Shown here: in pieces, positions 16,783-22,075 of the stretch | Layout: each line of letters opens with the position of its first letter | How positions within the stretch are numbered: the stretch's first letter is position 1 | From: Bacillota bacterium | Lineage (GTDB): Bacteria > Bacillota > Clostridia > Lachnospirales > Cellulosilyticaceae | Reading direction: 5' to 3' | DNA: 22,075 bases | NCBI GenBank assembly: GCA_023410675.1 | Contig: JAEYPM010000102.1 | Coordinates: 1-22,075, forward strand | Notes under the pieces: generated by a model | Told to the model about the DNA's origin: nothing | Seen by the model: the letters and a program-made list of their open reading frames with translations, nothing else | Database searches by the model: none | Made by a program: the position numbers and the translations under genes

Positions 16783-16855
16783 GCTGGGGTAGCTCAGTTG
16801 GCAGAGCAATTGATTCGTAATCAATAGGTCGAGGGTTCAAATCCCTTCCTCAGCT
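16783..16855 (+). tRNA. tRNA-Thr (anticodon CGU), 73 nt, CCA not encoded
   Basis: Manual fold. Acceptor gctgggg / cctcagc (one G-U). U8 A9. D-stem gctc/gagc with A14, G18 G19, A21. Anticodon stem attga/tcaat with loop ttCGTaa (U33, anticodon CGU, A37). 5-nt variable loop. T-stem gaggg/ccctt with TTCAAAT loop. Discriminator U. Confidence 0.85.
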
Positions 16856-16865
16856 TTCCTTAATA

Positions 16866-16900
16866 TAAAAAAATGCTAGATAGTTATCTAGCATTTTTTT
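16866..16900. terminator. Terminator after tRNA-Thr (bidirectional; also 3' of the convergent GH19 gene)
   Basis: aaaaaaa-tgctaga-tagtta-tctagca-ttttttt. 8-bp stem flanked by an A-run and a T7 run. Confidence 0.8.
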
Positions 16901-16981
16901 ATATTATTATGATAACAACTTTATAGCATACTATAGTGGATATAGCACTATAAGTAAATTACAGATTAAAGAAAAATACAG

Positions 16982-18061
16982 TTATTTAAATGCATACATA
17001 CCATATGTATTAATTTTCTCATTAGATATATCTATACCCCACTTTTTTGTATAGTACTGATAGTGTCCAGTTCTTGCAAAAATGCTATGGTCACTTGTTA
17101 GCTTGTTACTTGCAGCACTTCCTCTCACAATCATAATAGCTATACCAAAACATGGTGTTGTCCTTCCACTAGCAATATCTGACTGCTTTGGCTGCCATTC
17201 ATGTGTCATAACCGAATGACACGAAGGTTTGCTGCCTTGTGGAATCATCCAAAAAGCTATTGCTGTCATAAAGCCTAATTTCCCATCTTCTACTACATAT
17301 TCTGGATGATTAAGGAGTACATTTTTATCTCCAAATATAATACCACTAAGCAGACCATAATTATAATTCCATGTAATTTGCATAGGCCCTCGACCATGAT
17401 AAGACTTTCCTAAAACAGGTGGATATAGTTCATTTTGAACACTATAGGCAGCACAATTCGCATTTCGATATTTTATTTCCTCATTATAATAAAGACCTAA
17501 GCATTTATCTCCTCCAAGGCAATGCATAGGATTCCCCTCAGTTTCTCCTACAATACATGCCAGAAATCCTGCTAATTCTCTTTGTCTTTCCTCCTTTGTT
17601 CCCTCCATTAAAAATGTCCCCATATCTACTATTTTTTCCTCTATAGGAACATCAATTAACCACTTACTATTAAAAGATGAATCTTGAATAATCAGTACTT
17701 GTTCTTTACTTTCTTTGTCTAACCTATAAATTTGAAAACATGATAGTCTTCCTTGTCTATATGCTATTTTATATTTTATTTTAGATATCTGTTCTATTGC
17801 ATCTTTAAAATTTTCGTATGAATAATAATTTCTACTGCATTGTGGTCCATTACAATTTGGAAAAAGCTCGTTAAAGTACTCTTTTGGAAAAATTTCTTCC
17901 AAGTTATCTATTACCTTCTGCGATAAATATTCTTCATCTACTCCTTGCCATTTTTCTTCTATTTGCTCATCTGTTAATTTAATTGCATTGGCTTTTATAT
18001 CAGTGTTATATAACCCTAGTACAACTAATATAAGCATCATCCATACTATTTTTTGTTTCAT
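16982..18061 (-). CDS. Secreted glycoside hydrolase family 19 (chitinase/lysozyme-like) protein with a ~50-aa insertion in the catalytic domain
   Basis: 359 aa. Signal peptide MKQKIVWMMLILVVLGLYNTDIKANA. GH19 signature blocks all present: NYYSYENFKDAI (cf. GFYTYDAF), RELAGFLACIVGETEGN (cf. KREIAAFLAQTSHETTGG, catalytic Glu), YYNEE (second catalytic Glu region), YHGRGPMQITWNYNYG, NHPEYV, GFMTAIAFWMIPQ..KPSCHSV, GFGIAIMIVRG. Confidence 0.75.
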   Translation of the reverse strand: MKQKIVWMMLILVVLGLYNTDIKANAIKLTDEQIEEKWQGVDEEYLSQKVIDNLEEIFPKEYFNELFPNCNGPQCSRNYYSYENFKDAIEQISKIKYKIAYRQGRLSCFQIYRLDKESKEQVLIIQDSSFNSKWLIDVPIEEKIVDMGTFLMEGTKEERQRELAGFLACIVGETEGNPMHCLGGDKCLGLYYNEEIKYRNANCAAYSVQNELYPPVLGKSYHGRGPMQITWNYNYGLLSGIIFGDKNVLLNHPEYVVEDGKLGFMTAIAFWMIPQGSKPSCHSVMTHEWQPKQSDIASGRTTPCFGIAIMIVRGSAASNKLTSDHSIFARTGHYQYYTKKWGIDISNEKINTYGMYAFK

Positions 18062-18224
18062 AGCTATCCCTATCTTTCTCTATCAAAATACTACTGCTAT
18101 ATTTATAATATTATTTATTTACAAACAGTTTATCATTTCTTTTATTTCTATTCAATCTCTATATGTACAAAAATTGTTTGTATCTATGTTTCATGTAGAG
18201 GTTCCATAATATGAATGATTAAGG

Positions 18225-18275
18225 AAAAAACCTCCATACTGGCTAAAATCATTCTATACCAGTATGGAGGTTTTT
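18225..18275 (-). terminator. Terminator of the prsA-fruK operon
   Basis: aaaaacctccatactgg / ccagtatggaggttttt (12 GC-containing bp extended by A5/T5) with 16-nt loop. The fruK stop codon (18249-18251) is in the loop and the last 6 codons form the upstream arm. A6 on plus gives a U-tract on minus. Confidence 0.75.
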
Positions 18276-19178
18276 ACTACCATCCTCAAAATATAATAAT
18301 ATTTCTTTCTTTGTTGCTAAATCCTCAGAAAATGCTGTTGCACTACCAGCTGCTATACCCATTTCTAAAGCCTTTTGATAACTGTGGTGCTTAAGATATC
18401 CAGCAATAAATCCTGCTACCATAGAATCTCCCGATCCTACTGAATTCTTTACTTTTCCCTCTATTCCTTTATGCTCTAAAACCATTCCATCATCTGTAAG
18501 CAAAATAGCTCCCTGCTGAGCCATAGAAACAAGTACATTTCTTGCCCCCATTTCTTGGAGTTTTTTTGCATAAATAGTAGCTTCCTCTTTAGTCTTTATT
18601 TGCGTATCAAATATGTCACCAAGTTCATGATGATTGGGTTTAATTAAAAACGGATGATATTGAAGGACACTTACTAAAGTATCTTTTGTTGTATCTACTA
18701 CACAATTAATATCTTCACCTTGAAACTTGTATACTAAGTCACTATACACGCTTTTAGATATCCCATGAGGAATACTACCTGAAAGAACCAAAAAATCTCC
18801 TGGCTTTATTTTGTCTACCTTTTGATATAACCTTTTTATAGCATCATCTGTTATAATTGGCCCAATTCCATTAATTTCAGTTTCTTTAGTGCTTTTAAGC
18901 TTAATATTCATTCGTGATACGCCCTCTTTAACCTCAATAAAATCACAATCTATTCCATTTATACGTATCATTCTTTCTAATTCTTTACCCACAAAACCCG
19001 CAATAAAACCTAAGGCTTTGCTTGGAATATCAAGCTCATATAATACCCTAGAAACATTGATCCCTTTTCCACCCGGATAAAATATTTCATTACATGTTCT
19101 ATTAAGGGTACCTTCTACAAAATTATGCACGTAACAAATATAATCAAGGGATGGGTTAAATGTAACTGTATAAATCAT
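18249..19178 (-). CDS. fruK: PfkB-family sugar-phosphate kinase, 1-phosphofructokinase/tagatose-6-P kinase type (FruK/LacC-like)
   Basis: 309 aa. N-terminus MIYTVTFNPSLDY canonical for the FruK/LacC subgroup. GGKGINVS, SRMNIKL, KPNHHEL, GSGDSMVAG motifs of ribokinase-fold PfkB kinases. Start ATG overlaps the prsA stop (TAATG). Confidence 0.8.
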   Translation of the reverse strand: MIYTVTFNPSLDYICYVHNFVEGTLNRTCNEIFYPGGKGINVSRVLYELDIPSKALGFIAGFVGKELERMIRINGIDCDFIEVKEGVSRMNIKLKSTKETEINGIGPIITDDAIKRLYQKVDKIKPGDFLVLSGSIPHGISKSVYSDLVYKFQGEDINCVVDTTKDTLVSVLQYHPFLIKPNHHELGDIFDTQIKTKEEATIYAKKLQEMGARNVLVSMAQQGAILLTDDGMVLEHKGIEGKVKNSVGSGDSMVAGFIAGYLKHHSYQKALEMGIAAGSATAFSEDLATKKEILLYFEDGSKNLHTGIE

Positions 19179-20134
19179 TATTTATCAGTTTTTGCTTCTG
19201 TAGTAGCATTTGGTACTTCTGTAGTGGCACTTTCAGTAGTCGTAGTCTCTGCTAATTTATTTTGCACATTATATTCAGTATGTTTTTCTTGTATCCAAGT
19301 TGTATAAGTAGCAGGTAATTTTTCCTGTAATAAAATATCTTTTATCTTATCTTTACTTTCTTCATAATTAGCCACTTTTGCTGCTTGTTTTTCTTCTACT
19401 TTAATAATATGAAATCCAAAATCAGTTTTTATAGGATCACTTATACTTCCTGGTGTTAACGAAAATGCTGCATCCTCAAATTCTGGCACCATTTGTCCTC
19501 TTCCAAAAAAGCCTAAACTACCACCCATATCTTTGTTTGCAGTATCCATTGAGTATTCCTTTGCAAGCTGTGAAAAGTCTCCACCTTGATCTATTTTATC
19601 TTTTACTTCTTTTGCTTTTTCTTCACTATCTACTAAAATATGGCTTGCCTTTACTTGCTCTTCAGTTGCAAAAGATGAAGTGTTTTCTTCAAAATACTTT
19701 TTCATATCTTCTTCTGAAATTGTAATTTTAGGTTCAAGTAATTTTGTGATAATTAAGTCTGTTTTAATATTTTTCTTAATATCATCCTCAGTAAATCCAT
19801 ATTGCATAAGTGCTATTGCAAATTGGTCTGGTCCACCATATTGTTGTATTAACTCATCAAGCTTTGCTTGTACTTCTTCATCTGGAATACTTACCTTATT
19901 TTTTTCACTTTCAATATCAACAATTTTTTCGGCAATTAATGTTTCTAAAGCTGCTTCTCCACTTTGCTCAACTAAAACGTTGTATAATTCATCTTTAGTA
20001 ATATTCTGACCATTAACAATAGCAACTACATCACTTGCAGAAGCATTATTTTTGCTACAACCTGACAGAGCTAAAATTAATATTAGTCCCAATAATAATA
20101 TCTTATGAGTTTTTTGTACCTTTTGATTCTTCAT
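19178..20134 (-). CDS. prsA: Foldase PrsA-type lipoprotein peptidyl-prolyl isomerase (parvulin domain), Thr-rich C-terminal tail
   Basis: 318 aa. Lipoprotein signal with lipobox LSGC. SurA-N-like region. Parvulin core SHILV...GGSLGFF...GFHIIKV. RBS AAAGGAGAAA before the ATG at 20134. Confidence 0.85.
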   Translation of the reverse strand: MKNQKVQKTHKILLLGLILILALSGCSKNNASASDVVAIVNGQNITKDELYNVLVEQSGEAALETLIAEKIVDIESEKNKVSIPDEEVQAKLDELIQQYGGPDQFAIALMQYGFTEDDIKKNIKTDLIITKLLEPKITISEEDMKKYFEENTSSFATEEQVKASHILVDSEEKAKEVKDKIDQGGDFSQLAKEYSMDTANKDMGGSLGFFGRGQMVPEFEDAAFSLTPGSISDPIKTDFGFHIIKVEEKQAAKVANYEESKDKIKDILLQEKLPATYTTWIQEKHTEYNVQNKLAETTTTESATTEVPNATTEAKTDK

Positions 20135-20317
20135 GTATATTTCTCCTTTTCCTTTTCTTTCATTTTCAGAAATCCCCTAGATTATTTATACAATATAATA
20201 AACATTATGTTACTCGTTTAAAAGCTATTTAGAGGAAATAATCTGCATTTCCACTATAAGATATATAACTTAATAAGTCAACTTATTATTATATAGAATT
20301 TATATTTTACCTTATTA

Positions 20318-22075
20318 TTAAGACAATTCAAAGGTGCCCGTATAAAGTTGATAATACTTCCCTTTTTGACTGATTAGTTCTTCGTGATTGCCTCTTTCTA
20401 TAATTTTCCCTTGTTCTAAAACCATGATTACATCAGCATTTTTTACTGTTGAAAGTCTATGAGCAATGACAAATACTGTTCTTCCTTTCATAAGTCTATC
20501 CATGCCCTCTTGAATAATAGACTCTGTTCTTGTATCAATACTTGAAGTGGCTTCATCAAGTATTAAAACTGGAGGATCATTAATGGCTACTCTTGCAATA
20601 GTTAATAATTGCCTTTGACCTTGAGATAAACTTCCTCCATCTCCTGTAATAACTGTTTCATAACCATTTGGTAAATGTTTGATAAATTGATGGGCATTAG
20701 CAAGCTTTGCTGCTTGATACACTTCCTCATCTGTTGCATCTAATTTTCCATATTTAATATTTTCAGCTATTGTTCCTGTAAAAAGGTGAGCATCTTGTAA
20801 TACAATTCCTAAAGATCTTCTTAAATCATCCTTTTTGATTTTATTAATATTGATACCATCATATCTAATTTTCCCTTCTTGAATATCATAAAATCGATTA
20901 ATTAAATTAGTTATGGTTGTCTTCCCTGCTCCAGTAGCACCTACAAAGGCTACCTTTTGTCCTTGCTTTGCATACAAGCTTATGTTTTTAAGTATTGTTT
21001 TAGTTTCTGTATACCCAAAATCAACATCATCAAAGACAACCTCTCCAAGAAGCTTTGTATAAGTAACATGACCATCTTCATGAGGATGTTTCCAAGCCCA
21101 CATACCTGTACGTTCTTTGTTTTCTATTAGCTCGCTGTTTTCATTCTCTTTAGCATATACTAAGGATACATAACCGTTATCTACTTCTACCTTTTCATCT
21201 AATAGCTTAAATATACGTTCTGAACCAGCAAGTGCCATAAGAATAAAATTAAATTGTTGAGAAGCTTGGTTGATTGTTTGGCTAAGTGCTCTAGTTAGCT
21301 GCAAGAATGATGCTAGTGCTCCAATAGTGAAACCTCCAAATCCCATAATAGCAAATAACGCTCCAGTAATAGTGATAAGCACATAAGCTATATAACCTAT
21401 ATTACCTAATATAGGCATCAATATATTTGCAAACTTATTGGCCTCATAAGCACTTGTACATAGATTTTCATTTAACTCATCAAATTTTTCTTTTGCCTCT
21501 TCTTCATGGCAAAATACTTTAATAACCTTTTGTCCTTCCATCATTTCTTCTATATAGCCATTTAAAATGCCTAAGTCTTTTTGTTGCATACCAAAATACT
21601 TTCCACTTTTTTTACCTAAAACTTTTGTCACATAAAAGACCAAACTCATAATAATTATTTCAATTATCGTTAGCGGAATACTTAAAATGATCATAGAAAT
21701 TAACATACTGGTAATTGATATGGTAGCAGATAATAATTGGGGGATTCCTTGACTGATCATTTGACGCAATGTATCAATATCATTTGTATAAAGACTCATC
21801 AGATTTCCATGAGCATGGGTATCAAAAAAACTAATTGGTAGTTTTTGCATATGTGAAAACATATCATCTCTAATATTTTTTAGTGTTCCTTGTGTAATGA
21901 TAATCATAATACGATTATATACATAAGTTGATATGACGCCAATGTAATAGACGCATCCAATAGTGACAATAGCCCTAATAAGTGGTATAAAATTTGGACT
22001 AGTTGTATTAAGAAGGGGTGTTATATAGTCATCTATAAGACTCCTTAAAAACAAAGTACCAATGACATTAGTTAT
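20318..22075 (-). CDS. ABC transporter, fused permease/ATP-binding type (type I exporter, MsbA/LmrA-like), N-terminus outside the window
   Basis: Frame stays open through 22075 (ITNVIG...). TMD followed by NBD with Walker A GATGAGKTT, signature LSQGQRQ, Walker B ILDEATSSID, H-loop AHRLST. About 40-aa insertion (ENKERTGMWAWKHPHEDGHVTYTK) ahead of the NBD. Confidence 0.85.
   Translation of the reverse strand: MTNVIGTLFLRSLIDDYITPLLNTTSPNFIPLIRAIVTIGCVYYIGVISTYVYNRIMIIITQGTLKNIRDDMFSHMQKLPISFFDTHAHGNLMSLYTNDIDTLRQMISQGIPQLLSATISITSMLISMIILSIPLTIIEIIIMSLVFYVTKVLGKKSGKYFGMQQKDLGILNGYIEEMMEGQKVIKVFCHEEEAKEKFDELNENLCTSAYEANKFANILMPILGNIGYIAYVLITITGALFAIMGFGGFTIGALASFLQLTRALSQTINQASQQFNFILMALAGSERIFKLLDEKVEVDNGYVSLVYAKENENSELIENKERTGMWAWKHPHEDGHVTYTKLLGEVVFDDVDFGYTETKTILKNISLYAKQGQKVAFVGATGAGKTTITNLINRFYDIQEGKIRYDGININKIKKDDLRRSLGIVLQDAHLFTGTIAENIKYGKLDATDEEVYQAAKLANAHQFIKHLPNGYETVITGDGGSLSQGQRQLLTIARVAINDPPVLILDEATSSIDTRTESIIQEGMDRLMKGRTVFVIAHRLSTVKNADVIMVLEQGKIIERGNHEELISQKGKYYQLYTGTFELS

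Noticed and set aside
17988-18209. 73-aa plus-strand ORF spanning the GH19 N-terminus and the upstream intergenic region
   Set aside because: TTG start without an RBS, very hydrophobic low-complexity translation from A+T-rich promoter DNA. More likely the GH19 promoter region than a gene.
16599-18248. tRNA-Thr-associated genomic island carrying the GH19 gene
   Set aside because: I looked for a direct repeat of the tRNA 3' end (ttcaaatcccttcctcagc) between 18062 and 18248 and around the fruK terminator and found none. There is no integrase gene either, so the island idea is kept only as a weak hypothesis inside the GH19 finding.
19125-20232. Plus-strand ORFs 19125-19307, 19453-19725, 19680-20009, 19810-19998, 20035-20232
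   Set aside because: Antisense to prsA/fruK, or running from the prsA start into its promoter. Leu/Ser-rich mirror translations of a Lys/Glu-rich gene; no RBS.
20135-20317. Terminator for the ABC exporter gene upstream of prsA
   Set aside because: Only a 7-bp A/T-only inverted repeat (taataag/cttatta) is present, which is too weak to call. Read-through into prsA is possible.
1-22075. CRISPR arrays, tandem direct repeats, toxin-antitoxin pairs, phage structural genes
   Set aside because: Scanned by eye for regularly spaced direct repeats and small adjacent ORF pairs with RBSs; none found. All repeats noticed are inverted (hairpins) rather than direct.

Overview
AT-rich, low-GC Firmicutes (Clostridia-like) chromosomal segment, mostly transcribed on the minus strand. 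I can support 17 protein-coding genes (one partial at the right edge), one tRNA-Thr(CGT), a 53-aa rubredoxin gene missing from the ORF track, an IS3-family transposase remnant at the left edge, and several unusually clean rho-independent terminators (some bidirectional). Gene content is mostly housekeeping or accessory metabolism: threonine dehydratase, a MATE pump, a cytidylate-kinase-like protein, two parvulin PPIase paralogs, rubredoxin, an orphan metal-binding lipoprotein, an APC permease, MutY, a flotillin-like SPFH protein, a GH19 chitinase/lysozyme-like secreted protein, a PfkB/FruK kinase and an ABC exporter. I see no CRISPR array, no intact mobile element and no recognisable defence or toxin system. 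The most system-like unexplained item is a tightly coupled gene pair: a 989-aa fusion of two HgdC/BadF-type activator ATPase domains with an HgdA-like Cys-rich domain, followed by a 437-aa HgdB-like protein. This is a 2-hydroxyacyl-CoA-dehydratase / benzoyl-CoA-reductase / double-cubane-type ATP-driven redox module of unknown substrate. It lies downstream of mutY and upstream of a small membrane protein. Other points worth a second look are a ~290-nt leader in front of mutY that ends in a terminator-like hairpin, a GH19 enzyme with a large insertion next to the tRNA gene, a prsA-fruK TAATG overlap, and an IS-remnant/AT-rich membrane ORF block at the left end. All calls are from reading the sequence; no database search was possible.
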